DNA from: Chiloscyllium plagiosum
Taxonomy: Eukaryota
DNA length: 64,000 nucleotides
Direction: 5' to 3'
Assembly: GCF_004010195.1 (NCBI RefSeq)
Contig: NC_057719.1
Span: 93,015,946-93,079,945 of the forward strand
The position numbers and the translations under genes are program-made. Positions 36,121 through 51,100 of the stretch are shown piece by piece. The notes under the pieces were generated by a model. It was not told where the DNA came from. It was given only the letters and a program-made list of their open reading frames with translations, and did not search any database. How positions within the stretch are numbered: position 1 is the stretch's first letter; every line of letters begins with the position of its first letter.

Positions 36121-39100
36121 TTGTTTTGCATTGTGGTCGAGGTGCTAGCGTGTTCAATGTTTTACATTGGGGGCTAGGTCGGTCAGTGTTCACCTTTTTC
36201 AGTTGGGGACTAGGTGGGACATTGTTTAGTGTTTTTCATTGTGGACTAGGTGGTAAAGTGATCAATGTTTTGCATTGGGGGCTAGGTAGGACAGCGTTCT
36301 CTATTTGCCATTGGAGACTTAATGGGGCAATGTTCACTGTTTTGCTTTGGGGAGAAGTTGAACAGAGTTCAATATTTTGCATTGGCACTTGGTTTGGACA
36401 GTGGTTATTGTTTTGCCTTGGGGACTCGGTGGGACTGTGTTCACTGATTTGCATTGGAGCTCGGTGGGACAGTGTTCACTGTTTTGCACTGGGGACTAGG
36501 GACTGTGTTCACTGTTTTGCATTGGGGTATGGTTGTAACTTTAATCACTTTATATGCATTGGAGACTAGGTGGGACAGTGTTTGCTGTTTTCAATTGGTG
36601 ATGAGGTGGTACAGTGTTCACTGTTTTCCACTGGGAACCAGATGGGACTGTGGACACTTTTTTACATGGGGACTATCCGCAACATTGTTTCCTCTTTCAT
36701 TGGTGGCAAGGAGGGACAGAGTTCACTGTTTTCCATTTTAGACGAGTTATGGCAGTGTTCACTGTATTCCACTAGTAATAAGGAGGGACTGTGTTCTCTG
36801 CATTGCTTTGGGGTCGAGATGAGACAGTGTTCACTGTTTTGCATTGTGGACTAGGTCGGTCACTGTTCACTTTTTTCCATTGGGGACTAGGTGAGACAGT
36901 GTTTAGTGTTTGGCATTGTGGACTAGGTGGGACAGTGTTCTCTAATTTGCATGTGAACGAGGTGGGACTCTGTCAACTGTTTTTCACTGGAGACTAGGTG
37001 GGGCAGATTTCGCAGTTTTCCATTGGGGACTAGATGGGACACTGTTCACTGTATTTGCACTGAGGACTAGATAGGGATGTGTTCACTTTTTTATCATTGA
37101 GGACTATGTGGGATAGTGTTCACTGTCTGCCACTGGAGACTCACTGGGATAGTGTTCACAGTTTTGCTTTGGGAACTGGGTAGAACAGTGTTCACTGCTT
37201 TGCTTAGGGACGAGGTGGGACAGTGTCAGTATTTTGGATTGGTGAGAAGTGGACGATGTTCAATGATTTGCATTGGGAACTTGGTTGGGACAGTGTTCAT
37301 TGTTTTTCCTTGGGGACCTGGTCGAATGTGTCCCTACTTTGCATTGGGGCGAAGTGGGACAGTGTTCACTGGTTTGCATTGGGGACTAGGTGGGGCAGTG
37401 TCAGTATTTTGCTTTGGGGAGAAGTTAAACAGAGTTCAAAGTTTTACATGGGGCACCTGTTTGGGACAGTGTTTATTGTTTTGCCTTGGGGAATCTGTGG
37501 GAATGTGTCCACTGTTTTGCATTGCAGCTCGGTGGGACAGTATTCACTGTTTTGCATTGGGGACTAGAGACTGTGTTGACTGTTTTGCCTTGGGTATGGG
37601 TGTAAATTTAATCAGATTTTATGCATTGGGGACTAGGTGTGGCAGAGTTCGCAGTTTTCCATTGGGGACTAGATGGGACAGTGTTCACTGTATTTGCACG
37701 GAGGAATAGATAGGGCAGTGTTCACTGTTTTTCAATAGGGGACTAGGTGGGACAGTGTTCACTCTATGCCATTGGAGACTCACTGGGACAGTGTTAACAG
37801 TTTTGCTTTGGGAACTTGGTAGAACAGTGTTCACTGTTTTGCATTGCGGACTAGGTGGAGCAGTATCAGTGTTTTGGATTGGGGAGCGGTGGACCGTGTT
37901 CAATGATTTGCATTGGGCACTTGGTTGGGGCAGTGTTCATTTGTTTTCCTTGGGGACTCGGTCGACTTTGTTCACTACTTTGTATCAGGCTGGGTGGGAC
38001 AGTGTTCACTGCTTTACATTGGGCACCAGGTGGGGCAGTGTCAGTGTTTTGCTTTGGGCACGAGGTGGACAGTTATCAATGATTTGCATTGGGCACCTTT
38101 TTGGGACAGTGTTCATTGTTTTGCCTTGGGGACCCAGTGGACTGTGTTCACTCTTTTACATTGGGGCTAGGTGGGACAGTGTTCATTGTTTTCAAATGTG
38201 GGCTAGGTTGGACTATGTTCATGGTTTTGCATTGTGGACTCGGTGGGATAATGTTTTCCATTGAGGAAAAATAGGGACAATACTCATTGTTTTCCATTGG
38301 GAATGATGTGCGACAGTGTTCAATATTTTGCATTGGGGACTGGGTGGGACAGTTTTCATTGTTTTCCATTGGGGACGAAATCTGGCAGTATTCACTGTTT
38401 TTCGTTCGGGACTAGGTGGGTCCGAGTTCACTCTTTTTCCATTGGAGACGAGGTTGGAAAGTAGTCCCTGTTTTTCATTAGCAACGAGAATGGACAGTTT
38501 TCATTGTTTTCCATTCGGCCAAGGTGGGACTGACTCCACTGATTTTCATTGGGGACTATCTGGGACAGTGGTCACTCTTTTTCATTGGTGACTTGGTGGG
38601 ACAGAATTCACCGTTTCATTTGGGATTAGATGGGCCGCTGTCCCCTTACTCCATTGGGGGCGAGGAGGGACTGCGTTCTCTGTTTTGCTTTGGGGAAGAA
38701 GTGAGACAGTGCTCACTGTTTTGAATTGTGGACAAGTGCGTCAGCGTTCATTCATTTTCCATAGGGGACGAGGTGGAACAGTGTTACTGTTTTGTCTTGG
38801 TTCAATATGTAACAATGGTCACTGTTTTCCCTTGGTAAGTAGTTGTGTCACTGTTCAATGTTTTCCATTGAGAGCTCGGTTGGACAGTGGTCAGTGTTTT
38901 CCATCGGAGACTGGGTGGAGCAGTATTACCTGTTTTGCACCATGGACTAGCTGAGACAGTGATCATTTTTTTGCATTGGGGAAGAGGTGGGACTATCTTC
39001 TCTGTTTTCCATTGGGGACGAGGTGGGACTGTGTTCACTGTTTGGCATTGAGGACGAGGGACTATGTTCACTGCTTTGCATTGGTGACTAGGTTGGACAG

Positions 39101-42100
39101 TGTTCACTAGGTGTGGCAAGCGTTCATTGCTTTTCATTGGAGACGAAGTGGGACAGTGTTAACTGTTTTTCATTGGGAACTTGTTGGAAGTGTTCACTGT
39201 TTGCCATGGGAGCGTCAGTGGATCAGTGTTCACAGTTTTGCTTTAGGGACTGGGCGGGACAATGTTCACTGTTTTGCCTTGTGGACTAGGTGTCAGTGCT
39301 TTGCATTGTGGACGAGGTGAGACTGTGTTCAATCATTTGCACTGGGCACTTGGTTGGGACAGTGTTGATTGTTTTGCTTTGGCGACCCAGTAGACCGTGT
39401 TCACTGTTGCGTATTGGGGTTAGGTGGAACAGTCTTGACTGTTTTCATTGGGGACGAGCTGTGACATTCTTCAGTATTACCCATAGCAGACAAAGTTGGA
39501 CAGTGGTTTTTGTTTTCCATTGGGGTCTAGGTTCGACAGTGTTCACTATTTTCTATTGGAGATAAGGTGGCACTGCGTTCACTGTCTTGCATTGGCGACT
39601 AGGTTGGACAGTGTTCACTATTTTGCATTGGTGACGAAGTGGAGAGGGTTCATTGATTTCCATTGTGGACAAGGTGGGATTACGTTCACTGTTTTGCACT
39701 GGCGACTACATTGGATAGTGTTCCCGGTTTTCTATTGGGGAAAGGGTGTGAGAGTGTTCACTGTTTTCTCCTGGGGACTAAGTGGGACTGCCTTCTCTGT
39801 TTTCCATTGGGGATGAAGTGGGATTATGTTCACTGTTTTGCATTGCGGACTCGAAGGAATAATGTACACTGTTTTCCATTAGGGACTAGGTGGGACTATC
39901 TTCTCTGTTTTCCATTGGGGACGAGGTGGGACTGTGTTCACTGTTTGACATTGGGGACGAGGGACTATGTTCACTGCTTTGCATTGGTGACTAGGTTGGA
40001 CAGTGTTCACTCTTTTCCACTGGGAAGTAGGCATTCAATGTTTTGCATTTGTGGATGAGGTGTGACAGTGTTAACTGTTTTGCATTGTGGACTCGGAGGA
40101 CAATATACACTTTTTTCCATTGGACAATAGGTATGTCAGTGTTTACTGTTTTGTCCTGGGGTCGAGCTGAGTCAGTGTCCATTGGAGAGTAGGTGGTACA
40201 AATTCCACCTTTTTGCATTGTGGACCATTTGGGACAGTGTTCACTGCTTTGCATTGTGGAAGTGGTTGGACAGTGTTCACTTTCTTGTATTGGCGATCAT
40301 GTGGGACAGTGTTCACTCTTTTGTGTTGGGTATTAGGGGGGGCAATTTTCAGTGTGTTTCCTTGGGTACTGGTTTGGACTTTGTTCACTATTTTGCTTGA
40401 GCAGGGACACGAGCAGTGTTCATTTTATTTCCATTGGTTACTCAATGGAATAGTGGAACAGTGTTCACTGTTGTCCATTGGGGGCTAGGTGGGACAGTGT
40501 TCACTATTTTGCATTCTGAGACCAGGTGGAACGTCGCTCACTGTTTTGTATTGTGGAATAGGTGGGACAGTGCCCATTGCTTTATATTGCGAACTTGTTG
40601 TGATAGTGTTAAATATTTTACATTGGGTACTATATGGGACTGTGCTTACTGTTATCTATTGGGCACTACGTGGGACATTGTACACTACTTTGAATGGGGA
40701 TGGGTTAGAAGAGTGTTTTTTTTTTTCTTTGGGGTCTATCTGAGTCAGTGCACACTGTTCTCCACTGGCTCTCAGGAATAACAGTGTTCACTGTTTTGCA
40801 TTGGATTCTAAGTGGGACAGCATTCAATGTTCTTGCTTTCGGGACAGTGTTTATTCTTTTCTATTGGGCAGTAGGTGTGTCAGTGCTCACTTTTTCCCAT
40901 TTAGGATAAAAGTGGAACAGTGTTCACTGTTTTCCATTGGGGAGTAGCTGGTCAGTGTTCAATTTTTTCCTTTGGGTCGAGGTGCCACAACGTTTACTGT
41001 TTTCTATTGTAGACTTGGTGGGACAGTGTTCTCTCTTTGTCATTGGGGAGTCGGTGATACAAATTCCACGTTTTTGCATTGTGGACTCGGTGAGACAGTG
41101 TTCTCTTGTTTTGTATTGAGGATTAGATGGGTCTATGTTCACTGTTTTGGCTTGGGTACTGGTTTCAACAGTGTTCACTGTTTTGCTTTGGCGACTAGTT
41201 GGGACTGTGTTCATTGATTTGCATTGGTTACTCGATGGAACAGTGTTCACTGTTTTGTATTGTGGGCTAGTAGGGGGAGTGTTCACTGTTTTCCATTGGA
41301 GAGTCAGTGGGGCAGTGTTCACTGTTTTCGAATGGAGACTAGGTGACACAGTGTTTAATATTTTGCCTTGGTGATTAGATTGGACAGTGTTTAGTGTATT
41401 CCATTAAGTACAACAGATACCGTGTTCACTGTTTCCCATTTGGGAGTAGCTGGGAGAGTGTTGAGTGTTTTCCACCGGAGACTGTTTGGGACAGTGTTAA
41501 CTGTTTTACATTTGGGACTCGGTCTGTCAGTGTTCATATATTTCCTTGTTAACTACGTGAGACAATGTTCACTGTTTTCAATTATGTACTATTTGGTACA
41601 GTTTTCACTGTTTTGTGTTGGGGACTTTATGGGACAGTGTTCACTGTTTTCCATTGGGGACAAGTTAGGACAGTGTTCCCTATTTCCCATTGGAGACCAG
41701 GTGGGACGTTGTTCACTGTTTTGCGTTGTGAACTAGGTGGGATAGTGCCCACTGTTTTACATTGCGGACTTGGTGTGTTGTGTTCACTATTTTGCACTGG
41801 GGACTAGAGTGGACTGTGCTCACTGTTAGGGACTACCTGGAATATTGTTCGCTATTTTCCATTGTGAATACGTTGGGAGAGTGTTCAAGTGTTTTACTTT
41901 GGGGACTATCTTAGTCAGTGCTCACTCTTCTCCATTGACTCTCAGGTTTGACTGTTTACCGTTTTGCATTGGGGATTGCTGGATGGACAGCGTTCGCTGT
42001 TTAGCATTGGGGACTTGGTGGGACAGCGTTCAATGTTTTTGCCTTCGGGACAGTGTTAATTATTTTCTAATGAGAACCAAGTTGGACAGTGTTTGCTATT

Positions 42101-45100
42101 ATCTATCGGGGTGTAGTTGGGTCAGTGTTCAATGTTTTGCCTTGGGGAGGAGTTGCGACAGTGTTTTCTGTTTTCCATTGTGGACTTGTTGAGACAGTGT
42201 TCTCTCTTTTCCTTTTGGGAATAGTGGGACAAATTCCACCTTTTTGCATTGGGGAGTAGGTGGGACAGTGTACACAGCTTGGCGTTGGGTTCTGGCTTGG
42301 GCAGTGTGCACTATTTTGGTTTGACAACTAGTTGGGACTGTGTTCATTGATTTCCATTGGTTACTCGATGGAACAGTGTTCACTCTTTTACATTTGGGAC
42401 TCGGTTTGTCAGTGTTCATATTTTTCCTTGGAGACTATGTGAGACAATATTCGCTGTTTTCCACTGTGTATTAGGTTGGACAGTTTTCACTGTTTAGCAT
42501 TGGGGACTACGTGGGACAGTGTTGCTTTTTTACCATTGAAGACTAGTTGGGACAGTTCACTATTTTCCATTGTAGACCAGGTGGGACGTTGTTCACTGTT
42601 TTGCATTGTGGACAAGGTAAGACAATGTTTACTCTTTTGCCTTGGGTCCTGGGTGGGACGGTGTTCATTATTTTGCTTTGGGTATTGTTTAGGGCAGTGT
42701 TCATTGTTTTGCATTCGGTAATCTGTGGGACAGTGTTCACTGTTTTCGAATGAGACTGAGCCTGTCAGTGTTCATATTTTGCCTTGGGGACTAGGTGAGA
42801 CAACGTTCACTATTTTCCATTGGGTCTCGGCAGGAGAGTGTTCACTGTTTTACATTGGGGACTGGGTGGGATAATGTCCCATGGTTTGCATTTTGTGCTG
42901 GGGGGGGGGGGGGGGGGAGTGTACACTGTTTTCCATTGGAGCTTGTGTGGGACAGTGTTCGCTGGTTTTCATTGCGGAGGAGTTAGGACAGTGTTCACTG
43001 TTTTCGATTGGGGACTTGGTGCGATAGTGTTCACTGTTTTGTATTGGTGTCTAGGTTGAACATTGCTCACTGTTTTGCATTGGAGACTAGATGGGATAGT
43101 GTTCACTGTTTTGCATTGAGAACTAGGTATGAAAATAGTATTTGTATTTGGTGATAGGTCTGGTCGTGTTCAAAATATCCCATTGGAGATGCTGTGGGAA
43201 AGTGCTCACTGTGTTGCATTTTGAACAAGGTGCGACAGTGTTCACTGCTTTGCATTGTGGACTAGTTAGGTCATTGTTCACTGTGTTGTATTGGGTACTC
43301 ACTGTGACATTGTTGACTGTTTTGCTTTGTCGAATAGTTGGACATTGTTCATAATTATGCATTGGTTAACGATAGAAAAATGTACGCTTTTTTTTTATTC
43401 GGGTCTACGTGGGAGAGTGTTGACTGTTTTTCATTGGAGACTCAGTGGGACAATGTTCACGTTTTCAAATGGAGACTTGGTGGGATAGTGTTACCTGTTT
43501 ACCATTACGACCAGGTCGGACAGTGTTCACGGTTTTGCATTGGGCATTAGTTGGGACAGCGTTCACTCATTTACCTTGGGTACTGGATGGGCTACTGTTC
43601 ACTGTTTGCATTCGCGACAAGATGGGACAGCGTTCACTGTTTTTCACCGGGGGTTAGCTGAGACATTGCTCACTGGTACATTTTGCATTGGTGACTAAGT
43701 GGGTGAATGTTCCCTGTTTTGCTATGGGGTCGAGGTGGCTAAGTGTGCAATGTTTTACATTTGGGTCTAAATGATTTTTAGAATTGTTTTCATTGAGCAG
43801 TATGTGGGCCAGTATTCATTACTTTTAATTTGGCACTAGGTTGAACTTTGTTCACTGTTTTCCATTGGGGTGTAGCTTTGTCAGTGTTCAATGTTTTGTC
43901 TTGAGGACGAGGTGCGACAGGGTTTACTGTTTTTCGTTGGGGACTTGGTGGGACAGTCTTCTCTTTTTTCCATTGGCGCATAAGTGGGACAATATTCACC
44001 TTTTTGCATTGGGGATTGAGTGGGACAGTGTTCACTCTTTTGTATTGGGAATTTGGTGGGACAATCTTCACTGTTTTCTCTTGGGTCCTGGTTTGGACAG
44101 TGTTCACTGTTTTGCTTTTGTGACTAGTTGCGACCGTGTTCATTGTTTTACATTGTTTACTCCATGGAACAGTGTTCATTGCTTTGTATTGTGGGCAAGG
44201 TGGGAGAGTATTCACTGCTTAACATTGGAGACTCAGTGGGGCAGTGTTCCCTGTTTTCCATTGGATACCAGGTGGGACGTTGTTCACTGTTTTGCATTGA
44301 GGAATATGTGGGACAGTGCCCACAGAATTACATAGCGAACTCTGTGTGATAGTGTTCACTATTTTGTACTGGGGACTAGATGGGACTGGGTTCACTGTTT
44401 TATATTGGAGACTATGTGGGACACTGTTCACTATTTTCCATTGGGCACGGGTTGGGAGAGTGTTCAACGTTTTGCCTTGGGGACTATCTGAGTCAGTGCT
44501 CACTGATCTTCATTGGCTTTCAGGTGTGACAATGTTCTCTATTTTGCACTGGGGACTGCTGGTTGGGCAGATTTCGCTGTTTTGCACTGGGGACGTGTTG
44601 GGACCGTGTTCACATTTTTGCAATGGAGTCTAAGTGGGGCAGAGTTCAATGTTTTTGCCTTCGGGACAGTGTTTATTCATTTCTATTGATGACTAGGTGG
44701 GCTGGAGTTCACTGTTTTCCATTTGGGACAAAGGTGGGACAGTGTTGACTGTTTTCCATTGGGAGCTCGGTTTGTCATTGCTCATTGTTTTCCATTGAGG
44801 ACTGGGTGTTTCAGTGTTGACTTTTTTGCACTTCGAACTAGGTGGGACAGTGTTCATTGTTTAACCTTGGGGATGAAGGTGGAACAGTGTTTACTGTTTT
44901 CCATTGTGAACTTAGTGTAGTAGTGTTTTCTATTGGGGTCTATGTGGGACATTGTATACTACTATCCATTGGGGATGGATTGGGACAGTGTTCAATGTTT
45001 TACCTTGGGGACTATCTGAGTCAGTGCTCACCGTACTCCATTGGCTTTCATGCATGACAGTGTTCACTGCTTTGCATCGGGGACTTCTGGATGGGCAGTG

Positions 45101-48100
45101 TTCGCAGTTTTGCATTGGAGTCTAAGTGGGACAGCGTTCAATATTTTTTGCCTTTGGGATAGTGTTTATTCTTTTCCATTCAGTACTAGGTGGGCCAGTG
45201 TTCACTATTTTCCATTTGAACAAAGGTGGTACAGTGTTTACTGTTCTCCTTTGGGAGCTCGGTTGGACAGTGTTCATTGTTTTCCTTTGGGGTCTGTGTG
45301 TTTCACCGTTAACTGGTTTGCACTGTGAACTTGGTGGGACAGAGTTCAATGTTTAACTTTGGAGACGAAGATGCATCAGTGTATTCTGTTTTCCATTGTG
45401 AGCTTCGTGTAGTAGCTGGGTCAGTGTACAATGTTTTGCCTTGGGGACGAGGTGCAACAGCGTTTACTGTTTTCCATTGTGGACGTGGTGGGGCAGTGTT
45501 CTCTCTTTTCCGCTGAGGAGTAGTTGAGACAATTTCCCTCTTTTTGCATTGAGAACTAGGTGGGGCCGCGTTCATTGCTTTGCATTGTGGACGGTGTGGG
45601 TCAGTGTTTACTGTTTGTATTGGGAATTCGGTGGGACATTGTTCACTCTTTTGCTTTAGTGACTAGTTGAGACTTTGTTCATTGATTTGCATTGGTTACT
45701 CGATGGAACCGTGATCAGTGTTTTATTTTGTGGCCTGGTTGGTAGAGTGTTCACTGTTTTCCATTGGGGACTCAGTGGGCCAGTGTTCACTGATTCCCAA
45801 TGGGAGATTAGGTGGAACAGTGTTCAATGTTTTGCCTTGGTTCCTAGATGGGACAGTGTTTAGTGTTTTACATTGAGGACAAATGTTACCGTGTTCACTG
45901 TTTCCCATTTGGGAGTAGATTGGGCTGTGTTGAGTGTTTTCCATTGGAGACTGTTTGGGACAGTGTTATCTCTTTACAGTTTGGGACTAGGTGGAATAGT
46001 ATTCACTGTTTTCATTGGGAGGTAGGTTGGACAGTGTTCAGTCTTTTCCATTGGGGGTGAGGTGGGAGAGTGTTCACTCTTTTGTATTGGATATTAGGTG
46101 TGACAATGTTCAATGTTTTGCCTTGGTTACTGTTTTGGACAGTGTTCACTGTTTTGCTTTGGCTACTAGTTGGGACCGTGTTCATTGTTTTTCATTTGTT
46201 ACTCGATGAAACAGAGTTCACTGTTTTGTATTGTGACCTAGGTGGGACAGTGTTCACTGTTTTCCATTGTGGACAAGGTGGGACAGTGTTCACTATTGTT
46301 AATTGGAGACCAGGTGGGATGTTGTTAACTGTTTTGCATTGAGGATTAGGTGGGACACTGCCCACTGTTTTACACTGCGAACTCTGTGTGATGGTGTTCA
46401 CTATGTTGCACTGGGGACTAGACGCGATTGTGTTCACTGTCTTCTATTGGGGTCTACGTGGGACATTGTACACTACTTTCCATTGGGGATGGATTGGGAC
46501 AGTGTTCAATGTTTTACCCTGGGGACTATCTGAGTCAGCACTCACCGTTCTCCATTGGCTTTCATGTGTGACAGTGTTCACTGCTTTGCATCGGGGACTT
46601 CTGGATGGGCAGTGTTCGCAGTTTTGCATTGGAGTCCAAGTGGGACAGCGTTCAATATTTTTTGCCTTTGGGATAGTGTTTATTCTTTTCCATTCAGTAC
46701 TAGGTGGGCCAGTGTTCACTATTTTCCATTTGAACAAAGATGGTACAGTGTTTACTGTTCTCCTTTGGGAGCTCGGTTGGACAGTGTTCATTGTTTTCCT
46801 TTGGGGTCTGTGTGTTTCACCGTTAACTGGTTTGCACTGTGAACTTGGTGGGACAGTGTTCAATGTTTAACTTTGGAGACGAAGATGCATCAGTGTATTC
46901 TGTTTTCCATTGTGAGCTTCGTGTAGTAGCTGGGTCAGTGTACAATGTTTTGCCTTGGGGACGAGGTGCGACAGCGTTTACTGTTTTCCATTGTGGACTT
47001 ATTGGGGCAGTCATCATTCTTTTCCATTTGAGTGTAGGTGGGACAAATTCCATCTTTTGGATTGGGGACTACGTAGGAATGTGTTCACTGCTTTGTATTG
47101 TGGACGAGGTGGGACAGTGTTCACTGTTTTGCTTTGGCGACTAGTTGAGACTGTGTTCATTGATTGCATTGGTTGCTCGATGGAATAGTGATCATTGTTT
47201 TATATTGTAGTCGAGTTGAGAGAATGTTCACTGTTTTCCATTGGAGACGAAGTGGGACAGTGTTCAATGTTTTGCCTTGGTGACTAGATGGGACAGTGTT
47301 CGATGTTTTCCATTGAGTAGTTCTGGTACCGTGTTCACTGTTCCTATTTGACATAGACGCGACAGTGTTGTGTGTTTTCCATTGGAGACTATTTGGCACA
47401 GTGTTAGCTGTTTAAAATTTGGGACTAGGTGGGATAGTAATCACTGTTTTCCATTGGGAGCTGGGTTGGATAGTGTTCAGTGTTTTCCATTGGGGACTAG
47501 GTGGTTCAGTGTTAACTGTTTTGTATTGGGGACTAGGTGGGACAGTGTTCACTGTTTTCCATTTGCGACTGGGTCTGACAGTGTTCATATTTTTCCTTGG
47601 GGTTTAGGTGAGACAATATTCACTGTTTTCCATTGGGTCTCGGTGGGAGAGTATTCACTGTTTTGCACTGGGGACAGGGTGGGATAGTGGTTAATGTTTT
47701 ACATTTTGTGCTAGGTGAGACAGTGTTCACTATTTTCAATTTGGGCTTGAGTGGGACAGTGTTCCAATGTTTTCCATTGCGGTCGAGTAAGCACAGTGTT
47801 CTCTGGTTTAGATTGGAGACTTCATGGGATAGTGTTCACTGTATTGCATTTGTGTCTAGGTTGGACATTGTTCACTGTTTTGAACTGGAGATCAGGTGGG
47901 ATAATGTTTACTGTTTTGCGTTGAGAACTAGGTAGGGAAATGTTCGATGATTTGCATTTGGTGATAGGTGGGACAGTGTTCACAATATCCCATTGGCACG
48001 CTATGGGGCAGTGTTCACTGTTTTGCATTGTGAAGTAGGTGAGACAGTGACCTACCTAGTCTACAATGCAAAGCATTGAACACTCTACCACCTCGCCCCC

Positions 48101-51100
48101 ATGGCAAATAATTAAACTCCGTTCCACCTATTCTCCAATGGAAAACACTGAACACTGTCCCATCTACTGACAAATGATAAACAGTGAACACTGTATAACC
48201 TAGTGCTCAATGGAAAACATTAAATACTGTCCCATCCAATCCTCAGGAAAAAAAACATTGATCACTATTTTGCTTTGGGGACTATGTGAGACAGTGTTCA
48301 CTATTTTGCATTCTTGACGAGGTGGGACAGTGTTCAGTTTTTTCGCTGGGGACTGGCTGGGACAGTGTTCACTGTTTTTCAAAGCGGACGCAGTGCGACA
48401 GAATTTTGTATTGGCAGCTAGATGGGAGACTGTTCACTGATTTCCATTGGAGACTCAGCGAGTTAGTATTCACTATGTTCCAGTGGAGACTTTGTGGGAC
48501 AGTATTCAATGTTTTTTTCTGGGGATTGGATGGGACAGTATTTAATGTTTCCCATTGAGTACTAGGTTATACAGTGTTCACTGTTTATCATTTGGGAGTA
48601 GATGGGACATTGTTCAGTGTTATCCATTGGAGATTAGGTGGAACAGAGTTCAAGTATTTGCCTTGGGGGTGAGGTGGTAGAGTTTTCAATGCTTTGCATT
48701 GTGGACTAGGTAGGTCAGTGTTCACTGTCTTGTGAAAGGGACTCGTTGTGACAGTGTTGACTGTCTTGCTTTGTCGAATAGTTGGGACATTGTTCGTTAT
48801 TGTGCTTTGGTTACTCGATGGAACGATGTACACTGTTTTGTATTGGGGACTAGGTGTGAGAGTGTTCACTGTTTTCCACTGGAGACTCAGTGGGCCAATT
48901 TTCTCTGTTTTTCAATGGAGACTGGGTGGGACAGTGTTACCTGTTTACCGTTTGAGACTAGGTGGGATAGTGTTCACTGTTTTCTGTTAGGAGGTCAGTT
49001 GGACAGCGTTCAGTGTTTTCATTGGTGACTGTGTGGGGTAGTGATAACTGTTTTGCACAATGGACTAGGTGGGACAGTGTTCAATGTTTTGCCTTAGAGA
49101 CGAGGGTAGGACAGTGTTTACTGTTTTCCATTGTGAACTTTGTGTGACAGTGTTGACTGTATTCTATTGGGGAGTAGTTGATACAGTGGTCACCTTTTTG
49201 TGTTGGGGACTAAGTGAGAATGTGTTCACTGTTTTGTGTTGTAACCAGGTGAGACAGTGTTCACTGCTTTGCATTGGGGGCTACGTAAGACAGTGTTCAC
49301 AATATTCTTTGTAGACTCAGTGTGACAGTGTTCATTGTTTTCCATTGGGGACTAGGTGAGACAGTGTTCACTATTTTTGCATTTGCGATGAGTTTGAACA
49401 CCATTCACTTTTTTCACTGGGGTCTAGCTCGGACAGTGTTCTCTGTTTTCCCATGGAGACTAGGTGGGACAGTGTTCAATGTTTTTCAAAGTTGACTAGG
49501 TGGGAGAGTGTTGATTGTTTTCCAATGGAGACTACGTGAGACTGTGTTCAATGTTTTGACTTGTTGACTAGATGGACTGTGTATAGTGTTTTCCATTGAG
49601 CACTAGGTGGTACCGTGTTCACTATTTACCATTTGCGAGTAAATGGGACAATGTTTCCATTGGAGACTGTTTGGGACAGTGTCAAATGTTTACCATTTGA
49701 GATTAGGTGCGACAGTGTTCACTGTTTGCCATTGGGAGCTCGGTTGAACAGTTGTCAGTGTTTTCCATTGGAGACTGGGTGGGACAGTGTTAACTGTTTT
49801 AAACTGGGGACTAGGTGGGACAGTGTTCAATGTTTTGCCTGGGGTACAAGCGTGGGACAGTGTTTAGTGTTTTCCATTGTGAACTTAGTGTTACAGTGCT
49901 GTCTGTATTCCATTGGAGAGCACGTCGGACAATTCTCACGTTTTTACATTGGGGATGAGATCGGACAACGTTCAATGTTTTGTATTGGGGACTATTTGAA
50001 ACAGCGTTCACTGTTTTGCCTTGGGTACTAAATGGGACAGTGTTGGGTGGGGCAATGTTCAAGGTTTTGCATTCGCGACGAGGTGGGACAGTGTTCACTG
50101 TTTTGCAATGTGGATTCGGTGATTCAGTGTTTTCTATTGTGTACTGAGCTGGATAGTGTTCACTCTTTTCCATTTTGGACGTGGTTGGATAGTACTCACT
50201 GTTTTACATTGGGGACTAGGTTCGATAGTGTTCCCTGTTTTGCATTGGTGTCTAGATTGGACATTGTTCACTGTTTTGCCTTGGGAACTGGTGGGGCAGT
50301 GTTCTCTGTTTTCCATTAGGGAGTAGGTATGTCAGTGCTGTTGTTGTATTTTTTCCTAGGCATTAGGTGGGACAGTGTACTCTGTTTTACATTGTGTATT
50401 AGGTGTGACAGCTTTAATGTGTCTTCCACTGGGGACTAGGTGGAACAGTCTTCATTGTTTTCTCTTGAGGATAAGGTGAGACGGTATTCAGTGTTTTCCA
50501 TTGGGGATGATATGTGACAATGTTTAAGATTTTGCATTGGTGACTACATTGAACGTTATTCTCTTTTTTTCCATTGGGAACTAGGTTGGACTGTGTTCAC
50601 TGTTTTCCCTTGGGGAGTAGGTGTGTCAGTGTCTATTGTTTTGTCCTGGACGTTAGGTGGGACAGTGTTCACTGTTTTGTGTTGTGCATTAGGTGTAACA
50701 GAATTATTGTTTTTTCCATTGAGGACTTGGTGGAATGATGTTCATTCTTTTCTATTGAGGACTAGGTGGGACAGTATGCAGTATTTTCCATTGAGATGAT
50801 ATGCGACAATGTTCAAGATGATGCATTGGTGACTGGATTGAACAGTATTCACCGTTTTCCATTGGGGACTGGGTGGGGCAGTGCTCACTGTTTTCCATAG
50901 GGGAGCAGTTGGTTCAGTGTTCTATGTTTTGACTTGGGGATGAAGGGCAACTGTGTTTGCTGTTTTCCATTGTGCACTTGGGACAGAGTTCTCTGTTTTC
51001 GGCTGGAGAGCAGATGGAACATCATTCACCTTTTTGCATTGATGACTAGGTGAGACAGTTTGACTGTTTAGCATTGGGAGCGGGGTGAGACAATATTCAC

